Assembly: GCA_963841735.1 (NCBI GenBank)
Contig: CAWJDT010000001.1
Coordinates: 576,001-640,000, forward strand
Direction: 5' to 3'
DNA length: 64,000 bases
DNA from: an uncultured Actinomycetes bacterium
GTDB lineage: Bacteria; Actinomycetota; Thermoleophilia; RBG-16-64-13
Position 1 is the stretch's first letter. Each line of letters starts with the position of its first letter. The notes below the pieces were generated by a model. The model saw only the letters and a program-made list of their open reading frames with translations, made no database searches and was not told where the DNA came from. A program made the position numbers and the translations under genes. This document shows positions 9,322-18,194 of this stretch, in pieces.

Positions 9322-10887
9322 ATAGCCATTTCCACTGTCGAGGACACCGCCGGTTCGGTTCCCCGCCTCCGCCGCGGCGCCCTGGGAGGCCTGATCTTCT
9401 TCGCCGGCATCGGCACCATGGCCACCGAGATGTGCGCTTCCCGCCTACTCGCCCCCTACTTCGGTTCGTCCACCATGATCTGGGCCAATATCATCGGCTT
9501 GATCCTGGTCGCTCTTTCCGTAGGCTACGTACTGGGCGGCAGACTGGCCGACAAGCACCCTCGCCCCCGCGTACTGGGCTACATCGTGTTGGCGGGAGCG
9601 GTCGTCACGGCCGCCGTGCCGTTTGCAGCCCGGCCATTCCTGGACGTCACCATCCACGGCATCGACTCGGTGTCGGTGGGAGCCGTCTTTGGTTCGTTCT
9701 TCGCCTGCGTCGTGCTCTTCGTGCCTTCGGTGCTGCTCTTGGGCATGGTGACGCCTTTCGCTATTCGCATAGGCATCCGCGACGTGGACAAGGCCGGCCG
9801 CACGGCAGGCCACATCTTCGCGCTCTCCACGGCCGGCAGCCTGCTGGGCACCTTCCTGCCCCCGCTGGTGACCATCCCCCTCATAGGCACCCAGCGCACC
9901 CTGTTGGTGGTAGCGGCGATCATCGCCGCGGCGGCGGCCCTGCTCTTGGGAGCCCGCTGGCTGCTGGTAGCCGCCGCCATCGCCGCCCTCATCGCCATCC
10001 CCCCGGGAGCGGTCAAAGCGGTCGACGGCCTGGTTTACGAGAAGGAGTCGCGCTACCAGTTCATCCAAGTGGTCCAAAACACCGAGAGCAGGCGGTCGCT
10101 CTACCTCAACGAGGGCTACGCGGTGCACTCCGTGTGGCGGCCCGACACCGTGCTCACGGGCGGCGAATGGGACATGTTCCTGGCCGTGCCGCCGCTCCTT
10201 GACCGCCCGGTGGAGAAGGTGGCCATCTTGGGCAACGCCGGCGGCACCACCGCCCGCTCATTCGGCGTGTACTACCCCGACGCCTCAATAGACGGCGTAG
10301 AGATCGACTCCGAAGTGAGCAAGGCGGCGACCCGCTACCTTGGCCTAAACGACAATCCCCGGCTCGAGGTGATCACCGCCGACGCCCGCCCCTTCCTGCT
10401 CGAAGCCGATGGAGAACTCTACGATCTCATCTTCATCGACGCCTACCGTCAGCCCTATGTGCCCTTCTACTTGGCCACGGCCGAGTTTTTCGCGCTCTGC
10501 CGGGAGCGCCTGGCACCCGATGGCATCATCGCCCTGAACGTCTCCACTGTGCCGGGTGACGACCGCCTCTCGCGCTCCATCTCGGGAACCCTGGCCACCC
10601 AGTTCCCCCTGGTGATGACGTGGCCGGCCCTGAACTTCAACCAACTGGTGCTCGGCTTCGCCGGCAACGATGACCCGAGCGAACTCGCCCGCCGCGCCAC
10701 CCAAGCGCCGGCAGACCTCCTACCGCTCACCGACCTCATGACCAAGGACTGGACGGCGGTGGAGCCCATGAAAGACTACTGGACCGACGACAAAGCGCCG
10801 GTGGAATGGATCACCGACCGTATGATCATCACCTACGGCGTGGGCGGCGGAAGCCTGGCCGAGGAGTTGCTCCCCACAAAGCCCTAG
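9322..10887 (+). CDS. fused membrane (MFS-like) / spermidine-synthase-like methyltransferase
   Basis: RLLAPYFGSS..IW, STAGSLLGTF, SAM-binding ILGNAGG, VEIDSEV and YDLIFIDAY; start uncertain (ATA after AAGGAG). Confidence 0.85.
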   Translation: MAISTVEDTAGSVPRLRRGALGGLIFFAGIGTMATEMCASRLLAPYFGSSTMIWANIIGLILVALSVGYVLGGRLADKHPRPRVLGYIVLAGAVVTAAVPFAARPFLDVTIHGIDSVSVGAVFGSFFACVVLFVPSVLLLGMVTPFAIRIGIRDVDKAGRTAGHIFALSTAGSLLGTFLPPLVTIPLIGTQRTLLVVAAIIAAAAALLLGARWLLVAAAIAALIAIPPGAVKAVDGLVYEKESRYQFIQVVQNTESRRSLYLNEGYAVHSVWRPDTVLTGGEWDMFLAVPPLLDRPVEKVAILGNAGGTTARSFGVYYPDASIDGVEIDSEVSKAATRYLGLNDNPRLEVITADARPFLLEADGELYDLIFIDAYRQPYVPFYLATAEFFALCRERLAPDGIIALNVSTVPGDDRLSRSISGTLATQFPLVMTWPALNFNQLVLGFAGNDDPSELARRATQAPADLLPLTDLMTKDWTAVEPMKDYWTDDKAPVEWITDRMIITYGVGGGSLAEELLPTKP

Positions 10888-11008
10888 GGGCACCGGCGAT
10901 CTCCCTCCAAAGTCGTATGGCCTCAAGCGCTTTTCCGTCGCACTCTTGACGCGTTAATAGCCGCCGAGAGACACGAGGCTGTCATATCCCTAAACTGGTA
11001 TATTGGTG

Positions 11009-11397
11009 ATGGACAAGAGGCCCAGGCAAAGGATGTCGTCTGGATCGGTTCCTCTCTGAAGGATCTGCGTAGGTTCCCGGTCGGTGTCCGTCAAACAATG
11101 GGCTATGCGCTCTTCTTGGCTCAGTACGGAGACAAATACGTCGCAGCCAGACCGCTCAGGGGATATGGAGGAGCCGGGGTCTTGGAAGTCGTGGACGACC
11201 ACGAAGGGAATGCGTACCGTTTGGTCTACACCGTCCGATACTCGGATGCTGTCTACGTCCTGCACGCGTTTCAGAAGAAATCGACCCACGGGATCGCGAC
11301 CGGTAGACGCGACGTCGATTTGATCAGCGCACGTCTGGAACTGGCGCGGGGTCTTCACGAGCAGCGCACCTCTACGACAAAGGGAGCAACAAGATGA
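11009..11397 (+). CDS. RelE/ParE-superfamily (DUF891/HigB-like) toxin, probable indel near the start
   Basis: KDVVWIGSSLKDLRRFP..VRQTMGYAL, YRLVY, VYVLHAFQKKS; ATG 11009 is out of frame with the body. Confidence 0.85.
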
Positions 11398-11750
11398 ACA
11401 GCCCCGCCATCGATCACACTGTCAGCAGCGGCAACGTCTTCAGGGACCTCGGGCTTCCGGCCCCAGACGAACTCCTGGCGAAGGCCGAACTTGCCCGCCA
11501 GATCGCCCGCGTCGCGACTCACACACGCCTGACGCAGGCAGCGACCGCACGCATCCTTGGCACCACGCAGCCGAAGGTCTCCGACCTGCTTGCCGGAAAG
11601 CTCGCTGGTTTCTCCATGGAGCGCCTCATTCGCTTCCTCAATGCGCTCGACCGCGATGTACAGATCGTCGTTTCTGCCAAGCCGAGCAAGAAGGAACGAG
11701 CCACTACCAGAGTCATAACTACCTCGGCGGTGTCGGGCACGAGCGACTGA
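11394..11750 (+). CDS. XRE-family HTH antitoxin (HigA-like)
   Basis: SSGNVFRDLGLP, LTQAATARILGTTQPKVSDLLAGKLAGFSMERL; ATGA-coupled to the toxin. Confidence 0.88.
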   Translation: MNSPAIDHTVSSGNVFRDLGLPAPDELLAKAELARQIARVATHTRLTQAATARILGTTQPKVSDLLAGKLAGFSMERLIRFLNALDRDVQIVVSAKPSKKERATTRVITTSAVSGTSD

Positions 11751-11762
11751 AGTCATGGTAGG

Positions 11763-11785
11763 CTATACGTATACTACACGTATAG
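11763..11785 (+). promoter_or_regulatory. palindromic operator overlapping the -10 box of the mazEF-like operon
   Basis: CTATACGT-N7-ACGTATAG perfect inverted repeat containing TATACT. Confidence 0.65.
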
Positions 11786-11796
11786 AGGACGCAGAC

Positions 11797-12045
11797 ATGC
11801 GCAAGAAGCTCACGATTACTATCGCCGAGGACGTCTACTACGGTCTGCATCGCGTGATCGGCCCACGCAACATCAGCGGCTTTCTGGAAACGCTGGCGCG
11901 TCCACATGTTGTCCTTGCCGATCTGGATGCTTCGTACGCCGCCATGGCCGCCGATGAGGCTCGAGAGAGCGAAGCCCTGGAGTGGGCCGAGTCCGCCGTG
12001 GCCGACGCCGCCAACTTCCTTGGAGACGATGATGAAGCGTGGTGA
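11797..12045 (+). CDS. antitoxin partner of the PemK/MazF toxin
   Basis: MRKKLTITIAEDVY...ISGFLE...YAAMAADEARESEALEWAE; overlaps the toxin start. Confidence 0.8.
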   Translation: MRKKLTITIAEDVYYGLHRVIGPRNISGFLETLARPHVVLADLDASYAAMAADEARESEALEWAESAVADAANFLGDDDEAW

Positions 12046-12379
12046 GGTATGGTGGGTCAAGTTCGACCCAGCCCAGGGAGGCGCGGTCCGCAAAACGCGC
12101 CCGGCCATCATCGTCAGCAATGACGCCTCAAACCGCAACCTCAACCGGGTGCAGGTTGTTCCCGTCACAAGCAACATCAACAAGTTCTTCCCAAGTGAGA
12201 CCCCGGTCACTGTCGCCGGCAGGCAGGCCAAGGCTATGGCCGATCAGCTGACTACAGTCTCCAAGGCCCGGCTGGTCGGCCGGGTAGGCCGTCTTTCGCC
12301 CGCCGAACTCCAACAGGTAGAGCGGGTCATGATGCTACAACTAGGCCTCCCAGCACAGGAAACCGGCCTCCCCCGGTGA
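12029..12379 (+). CDS. mazF: PemK/MazF endoribonuclease toxin
   Basis: MKRGEVWWVKFDP..G..VRKTRPAIIVSND, VVPVTS, ADQLTTVSK.RL. Confidence 0.92.
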   Translation: MMKRGEVWWVKFDPAQGGAVRKTRPAIIVSNDASNRNLNRVQVVPVTSNINKFFPSETPVTVAGRQAKAMADQLTTVSKARLVGRVGRLSPAELQQVERVMMLQLGLPAQETGLPR

Positions 12380-12444
12380 AAGATGTTTGTCGAAGGATGC
12401 TGGGGGGCGGCTGTGGTGTTGCCTGAGTGTGGAGGTCGTCTCAA

Positions 12445-13584
12445 GTGAACGTCCCCTTTGTTGACCTGAAGACCCAGGGACACGAGCTGCTCCCTGAGTA
12501 TCAAACGGCCCTGGCTTCCATCGTCGACCGGGCGGCCTACGTCATGGGTCCCGAGTTGCGCGAATTCGAGGCCGCTTTTGCCGAGTTCTGCGCCTGCCCG
12601 CACGGAGTAGGTGTGAGCTCCGGCACCGACGCGCTCGTCCTGGCCTACAAGGCTGCCGGCGTGGGTTCCGGCGATGAGGTCATCCTGCCCGCCAACACCT
12701 TCATGGCCACCGCCGAAGCTGTCACACACGTAGGCGGCACCCCTGTGGTGGTGGACGTGCTGCCCGACACCGCCAACATCGACCCGGCGGCAATCGAAGC
12801 CGCCGTGACATCGCGCACCAAAGCGATTGTGCCCGTACACCTCTTCGGCCAGCCCGCCCACATGGACGCCATCAATGCCATCGCTAAAGACCACGGGCTC
12901 ACAGTAATAGAGGATGCGTGCCAGGCCCACGGAGCCACTTACAAAGGCCGGGTCGCTGGGTCGCTGGGCGACATCGCGGCGTTCAGCTTCTATCCGGGTA
13001 AGAATCTCGGTGCTCTGGGAGACGGTGGCGCCGTCACCACCGCCGATGCCCAGATGGCCGAGACCGTGCGCGTGCTGCGCAATCATGGGGAAAAGACCAA
13101 GTCCAACCACACCGTGGTTGGCTACTGCTTCCGCCTGGACAACCTCCAAGCCGCCTTCCTGCAGATCAAGCTGAAGCACCTGGCCAACTGGAACCAAGCC
13201 CGCCGGGCTGCCGCCAAACGCTACGACGGCCTGCTGGCCGAGCTCGCCGGCGCCACGGTCGCGACCGACGCGACCGGCGCCGCCATCTCCCCCATCACTG
13301 AGCGCCCCGACACCGAAGCCGTCTACCACCTGTATGTGGTGCAGGTGGACAATCGCGATGCGGTACGGGCCAAGCTGGACGAAGTGGGCATAGGCACAGG
13401 CATCCACTATCCGGTGCCCATCCACATGCATGCCGCGTACGCGCACCTGGGCTACAAGCCGGGTGCCTTCCCGGTGGCCGAACGCATGGCCGAGAGGATC
13501 CTCTCCCTGCCTATTTTCCCCGAGATCACCCCCCAACAGGTAGACTACGTGGTTGAGCAGTTGGCTAAGGCGGTGGCGCCCTAG
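12445..13584 (+). CDS. DegT/DnrJ/EryC1/StrS sugar aminotransferase
   Basis: VPFVDL, SGTDAL, IEDACQAHGA, FSFYPGKNLGALGDGG; GGAGG RBS. Confidence 0.93.
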   Translation: MNVPFVDLKTQGHELLPEYQTALASIVDRAAYVMGPELREFEAAFAEFCACPHGVGVSSGTDALVLAYKAAGVGSGDEVILPANTFMATAEAVTHVGGTPVVVDVLPDTANIDPAAIEAAVTSRTKAIVPVHLFGQPAHMDAINAIAKDHGLTVIEDACQAHGATYKGRVAGSLGDIAAFSFYPGKNLGALGDGGAVTTADAQMAETVRVLRNHGEKTKSNHTVVGYCFRLDNLQAAFLQIKLKHLANWNQARRAAAKRYDGLLAELAGATVATDATGAAISPITERPDTEAVYHLYVVQVDNRDAVRAKLDEVGIGTGIHYPVPIHMHAAYAHLGYKPGAFPVAERMAERILSLPIFPEITPQQVDYVVEQLAKAVAP

Positions 13585-13614
13585 GGGCGTCGGCATCATG
13601 AAGGCGGTGACGTT

Positions 13615-14640
13615 GTGAAGACCGTGGCGCTGATAGGGTACGGCTACTGGGGTCCCAACCTTCTCCGCAACTACATGGAACTCCCCAACGCCTGCGTAAG
13701 GTGGGTGTGTGACACCCGAGTCGATGCCCTGGCCAAAGCGGCCTCGCGGTATCCGACGGTAGCGGGCACCACCGACTACCAGAAGGTGCTCGACGATGCC
13801 AAAGTGGACGCGGTGGTCATCGCCACGCCCATCTCTACCCATTTCCCGCTGGCCAAGGCTGCCCTTTTGGCGGGCAAACATGTGTTTGTCGAGAAACCCA
13901 TGACAGGCGATACAGCCGAGGCCCTCGAGCTGGCCGAACTGGCGGCCGCCAAGCAGCTGACGCTCATGGTGGGCCACACCTTCGTGTTTTCACCACCGGT
14001 TCGCAAGGTCAAAGACATCATCGCGTCGGGTGAGTTGGGCGACATCTTTTTCGTCACCTCCACCCGAGTCAACTTGGGGCTGCATCAAAAGGATGTCAGC
14101 GTTGTCTGGGATCTTGCCCCCCACGATCTCTCCATTTTGCACTACTGGCTGGACGAGACCCCCAGCAGCGTCTCGGTGGCCGGACGCGCCTGTATCAACC
14201 CGGGCATCCCCGATGTGGCCTTTATCAACCTGCGTTTCCCCTCGGGCGTCGTGGCCGAGTTGCAGGTGGCCTGGCTCTCCCCTGTGAAATTGCGCCGCAC
14301 CATAGTGGTGGGCAGCAAGAAGATGCTCCTCTATGACGACACCGAGAGCGTGGAGAAGGTCAAAGTGTTCGACCACGGCGTGGATTTCCGCGATCCGGAG
14401 ACTTTTGGCGAGTATCAGCTCTCCTATCGCACCGGCGACATCGTGTCTCCCAAGATCGGCGGCAGCGAGCCGCTTCTGGTCGAGGCTTCGCACTTCATCG
14501 AGTGCCTGGAAACCGGGAAGCGGCCCCTCACCGATGGTGCGGCCGGCCTGGCTGTGGTGGCTTCGCTGGAAGCAGCCGACCACTCCCTGCGTAACGACGG
14601 CGCCCTGCAGACCATCAAGACCGCGAAAGCGACTGAATGA
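13615..14640 (+). CDS. Gfo/Idh/MocA oxidoreductase
   Basis: IGYGYWGPN, HVFVEKP, VWDLAPHD. Confidence 0.9.
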   Translation: MKTVALIGYGYWGPNLLRNYMELPNACVRWVCDTRVDALAKAASRYPTVAGTTDYQKVLDDAKVDAVVIATPISTHFPLAKAALLAGKHVFVEKPMTGDTAEALELAELAAAKQLTLMVGHTFVFSPPVRKVKDIIASGELGDIFFVTSTRVNLGLHQKDVSVVWDLAPHDLSILHYWLDETPSSVSVAGRACINPGIPDVAFINLRFPSGVVAELQVAWLSPVKLRRTIVVGSKKMLLYDDTESVEKVKVFDHGVDFRDPETFGEYQLSYRTGDIVSPKIGGSEPLLVEASHFIECLETGKRPLTDGAAGLAVVASLEAADHSLRNDGALQTIKTAKATE

Positions 14641-15332
14641 GCGGCAGCGACGCGTCGCTTGTGTCGCCTGGCGGCCCCTGGCTACCCGGGGTGCACGTGG
14701 CCCCCAACGTCGAAATCGGCCCCGAGCCCGATCTGCAGTCTCCCTGCATCTTGGGCAAGGCTCCGCGCGGCGCCACCGAAGGCGAGCTGCCCCTGCGTAT
14801 CGGCGCCCGACCGACAGTACGGCCTTTCACCACCATCTACGCCGGCAGCGTTATCGGCGAACGGCTACAGACCGGCCAGGGCGCGTCCATCCGCGAAGAC
14901 AACGTGCTCGGCGACGACGTCTCGGTGGGCACCAACGCGGTCCTTGAGTTCGGCAATCGCATCGGCAACCGGGTGCGCATCCATTCCGGCTGCTTCCTGG
15001 AGATGGTCACTATCGAAGACGACGTGTTCGTGGGCCCTAACGTGGTCTTTACCGACGATCCGCACCCCATGAACTGCCCCCGCTACAAAGAGTGCAAGGG
15101 CGGTCCTGTGGTAAGGCGGCTGGCCCGTATCGGCGCGAACAGCACCATTTTGCCTGGGGTGGAGATCGGCCAGAACGCCTTGGTGGGGGCCGGCTCGGTG
15201 GTGGTGAACGACGTGCCTCCGGACACGGTGGTGGCCGGCAATCCCGCGCGGGTGATCAAGAGAGTGGCCGACCTGACCTGTCACCCCGGCTTTTACGACC
15301 GTCCCTACGACTGGGAGCCCTACCGATCATGA
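14637..15332 (+). CDS. hexapeptide-repeat N-acetyltransferase
   Basis: IEDDVFVGPNVVFTDD, IGANSTILPGV, VVAGNPAR. Confidence 0.88.
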   Translation: MSGSDASLVSPGGPWLPGVHVAPNVEIGPEPDLQSPCILGKAPRGATEGELPLRIGARPTVRPFTTIYAGSVIGERLQTGQGASIREDNVLGDDVSVGTNAVLEFGNRIGNRVRIHSGCFLEMVTIEDDVFVGPNVVFTDDPHPMNCPRYKECKGGPVVRRLARIGANSTILPGVEIGQNALVGAGSVVVNDVPPDTVVAGNPARVIKRVADLTCHPGFYDRPYDWEPYRS

Positions 15333-17536
15333 ATCCCCCGCGCGACAAGGACGACATCTGGAGCAGTGTCGCTCCGGACGAGCCGAGCCCCGAGTCAATC
15401 GCCCCCACCCCCACCCAAGTCCGCCGATCCCCGGGCCTGCAGGCCCGGGCGACAGAGGCCCGCGGCCGTGTCGTTGCCGGCATTGTTGTTCTTTCGCTGC
15501 TGTGCGGCGTCTGTCTGGGCATGACCTACGCAGGCACCTCGTATGCCCCTAGGTACTGGCTGCCGTTCCTCATAGCTGTGGCCGCACTGGCCATAGTGAT
15601 GTCCGCGGCCGGTCCGGCTGTGCCCTCCGGCCGCTTCCAGAAGATCCTGCTTGCGCTGTTTGCGCTCCAAGCAGTCTGGACTGCCGCCAGTATCCTCTGG
15701 GCCGGCAGCCAGGCAAACGCCTGGGAGGAAATCAACCGCACCCTCTTCTATGTGGTGACCGTAGCCCTAGTCTTTACCGCCGTTCGCTGGGCCGGCCGGA
15801 CGGGCCTCAAGGCCCTGGCCCTACTCGTCCTCGGCGTCACCGCCCTCATAGCCTTTGAGACCGCCATGGGTCTGGCCGTGGCCAATGAACCCCTGGACTT
15901 CTTCGCCAGCGGACGGTTGAACCACCCCATAGCCTACTTCAACGGCCTGGCCTGCCTGTGGATGATTGGCTTCTGGCTGGCCCTCGGGATGGCCAATGGA
16001 GCGCAGCACGGCGAGGACCACCCCCCAAGCGGGCGCATCACCATTCTCCGCTCGGGCACCGGCGACCTCTCACGCTGGACCCAGCCGGTTCTGCTGGCGC
16101 TCGCCGTGTTTCTGGCCGAGATGGCTCTGCTTCCCCAGTCTCGCGGCGCCCTTTGGGCCTTCTTCTTGACCATCCCGTTCTTCGTCATACTTTCTCCCAA
16201 CCGCTTCCGCGCTTTGGTCAACCTCGTCATCGTGGTGGTGCCGGTGGTCCTCTTTTGGGACAGGCTCACCAGGGTCTTTGTGGTAGCCAATACGCCCGGC
16301 GAGCCCCTCCGCCCTGCACTGAACGGCGCGCTCGCGGCCATTGGCTATTCGATCTGCGTCGTGGTGGGAGCCTGGGCGATCACGTACGTCATGGAGCGCC
16401 TCCTCGCGCCCCTGTCCCGGCGGGTCGTCAAGTGGACCGGCATCGCTCTAATCGCCCTGCTCCTCTGTGGAACAGTGGGCGGTCTGGTCTACGCCGATCG
16501 CCGCACCGGCGACCTGGGGGGCTACCTCGACGACCGCTGGGAGGAATTCATCAGCGACTCGGGCACGGGAGACACCGACAGCCGCTTCGGGGCCATGGGA
16601 CTCAACGGCCGCTTCACTCAATGGAAGGTGGCCGCGCAGGCCTTCCGCGACCACCCGCTCCTGGGCATAGGCGCGCAAAACTTCGAGATCTACCATTACC
16701 AGCACCGCACGGTCGCGCTTGCGGTCAAGCAGCCGCACAGCCAGCCCATGCAGTTGCTGGCCGAGTTGGGTCTTCCGGGCCTCCTGCTCTGGTTAGCCTT
16801 CATCCTGGGAACCCTGGTCTATGCCGGCAGAGTACGCTTTAAGCGCGTCGGCCGCGCTCATCAGGCGGTCATCGCAGCGGTAATGACGGCCGCCATCTCC
16901 TGGTTCATCCACTCCTCGGCCGACTGGATATGGCAGCTTGCCGCGACCTCGCTCCCCGCGATGATGTTACTGGGGGGCTTGGTCGGGATGGGCCAACCCG
17001 CCACCCCACTCCCGGCCAAGGCCGGGTCCCCGGCCCCCTCTCCGCGCCTGCGCCGCGTGGCGGGTCTCACCCGGCCCCTCGCCGTCGTCCTAGCACTGGC
17101 GATAATCGTTTCGGCGGCATTGCCGTACTTCTCTCTGAAATACTGCGATTGGGCCGAATCGGCCAAAACTCTCGAAATTGCCACGGCCCGCACCGAGACC
17201 GCCGCGAAGATCGACCCCACGTCGGTCACGCCCTTCGTCGTCCGGGCCTACTCTCACTACTTTGCCGCTCTCGCCGCCCCAGAAGACTCTCTGGAACGGC
17301 TGTCCCAGTTCGAAGAGGAGGCCGCAGCGTGGGTACAGGCTATCGGACGCGAGACCCAGGGGTGGCTCTACTACTACAAGGCAGCCAGGGCCTTCTTGGC
17401 CGCCCGTGACACCGCGCTAAAGCTCTCCGCCGATTCTGCCGACACGCTTGACCAAGAGGCCCGCGCCTACCTCGCTGAAGCCCGGCGCCTGAATCCCCTG
17501 TCCCGGCAAGTGACAGCCTTGGAGAAGGATTTATAG
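15329..17536 (+). CDS. O-antigen ligase family membrane protein with helical C-terminal extension
   Basis: Many TM segments, QSRGA, R..W..A...F..HPLLGIG and PHSQPMQLLAELG (Wzy_C signature). Confidence 0.82.
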   Translation: MNPPRDKDDIWSSVAPDEPSPESIAPTPTQVRRSPGLQARATEARGRVVAGIVVLSLLCGVCLGMTYAGTSYAPRYWLPFLIAVAALAIVMSAAGPAVPSGRFQKILLALFALQAVWTAASILWAGSQANAWEEINRTLFYVVTVALVFTAVRWAGRTGLKALALLVLGVTALIAFETAMGLAVANEPLDFFASGRLNHPIAYFNGLACLWMIGFWLALGMANGAQHGEDHPPSGRITILRSGTGDLSRWTQPVLLALAVFLAEMALLPQSRGALWAFFLTIPFFVILSPNRFRALVNLVIVVVPVVLFWDRLTRVFVVANTPGEPLRPALNGALAAIGYSICVVVGAWAITYVMERLLAPLSRRVVKWTGIALIALLLCGTVGGLVYADRRTGDLGGYLDDRWEEFISDSGTGDTDSRFGAMGLNGRFTQWKVAAQAFRDHPLLGIGAQNFEIYHYQHRTVALAVKQPHSQPMQLLAELGLPGLLLWLAFILGTLVYAGRVRFKRVGRAHQAVIAAVMTAAISWFIHSSADWIWQLAATSLPAMMLLGGLVGMGQPATPLPAKAGSPAPSPRLRRVAGLTRPLAVVLALAIIVSAALPYFSLKYCDWAESAKTLEIATARTETAAKIDPTSVTPFVVRAYSHYFAALAAPEDSLERLSQFEEEAAAWVQAIGRETQGWLYYYKAARAFLAARDTALKLSADSADTLDQEARAYLAEARRLNPLSRQVTALEKDL

Positions 17537-17565
17537 CAGGTGACAAGAAATATGCGAAAGTGTAG

Positions 17566-17595
17566 TTGACATGACGGAGGGTCTTCGGCTATGCT
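17566..17595 (+). promoter_or_regulatory. sigma70-type promoter
   Basis: TTGACA-N18-TATGCT upstream of the small FPMTG protein gene. Confidence 0.65.
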
Positions 17596-17710
17596 CAAGC
17601 GTGGTTGACTCGTGTTGGGGATTTCTTGCCTCTGCAGCACCGCGAGCACTGGCTCTGGATAGGATACACAGGGGTCAACGAGTGAACAAACTGGGTGAAG
17701 GGAGTTGGGT

Positions 17711-18061
17711 ATGGGAAAAGTTGTATTGATTGCTATTACTACTCTGGTGCTGGTTCTGGGGCTTAGCGGGGTGGCGTTGGCCGCTACTCCAGACGATATC
17801 TACGCCGATTTTGCGGCCGATGGTGTTCTTGACGGAACGTACACCACAGCGGAACTCGAGGCTTATCTGTCGAGTGAGCTGCAGGATCAGTACGCCGACC
17901 CGGACAAGGTGGCCGATCTGGATGCGCTGGTCACGGCACTGCTTGAGGGCGAGGACGAATTCCCAATGACAGGCGCGCAGTTGGCCATCATTGGCTTTGG
18001 TGCCCTGGCTCTAGTGGGTGTCGGCTTTGGACTTCGCCGCGTGGCACGGTCGCGGGCGTAG
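17711..18061 (+). CDS. small secreted protein with LPXTG-like (FPMTG) sorting signal
   Basis: Signal peptide ending ALA, acidic ~60-aa body, then FPMTG, a hydrophobic helix and a basic tail RRVARSRA. Confidence 0.8.
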   Translation: MGKVVLIAITTLVLVLGLSGVALAATPDDIYADFAADGVLDGTYTTAELEAYLSSELQDQYADPDKVADLDALVTALLEGEDEFPMTGAQLAIIGFGALALVGVGFGLRRVARSRA

Positions 18062-18115
18062 TAACAGGTTCTAAAGGAGCGGGTTTCCAACCCACGCACC
18101 CTTAGTAGTGATTGA

Positions 18116-18150
18116 AAAACCCCGCTTGCGAAAGTAAGCGGGGTTTTCTT
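18116..18150 (+). terminator. intrinsic terminator
   Basis: AAAACCCCGCTTGC-GAAA-GTAAGCGGGGTTTTCTT. Confidence 0.85.
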
Positions 18151-18194
18151 ATGCCATAGGCCGGTCCGCATCGTAGGGGGAGAAACGAGAGCAC

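Noticed and set aside
4826-12426. Integron cassette array explaining the TA cluster
   Set aside because: No integrase and no repeated attC-like sites seen between the modules; orientations are mixed
12244-13977. Long antisense ORFs (also 5623-6906, 377-1456, 59032-60165 and others)
   Set aside because: Shadow frames of well-supported genes, expected in high-GC DNA, with no recognisable motifs
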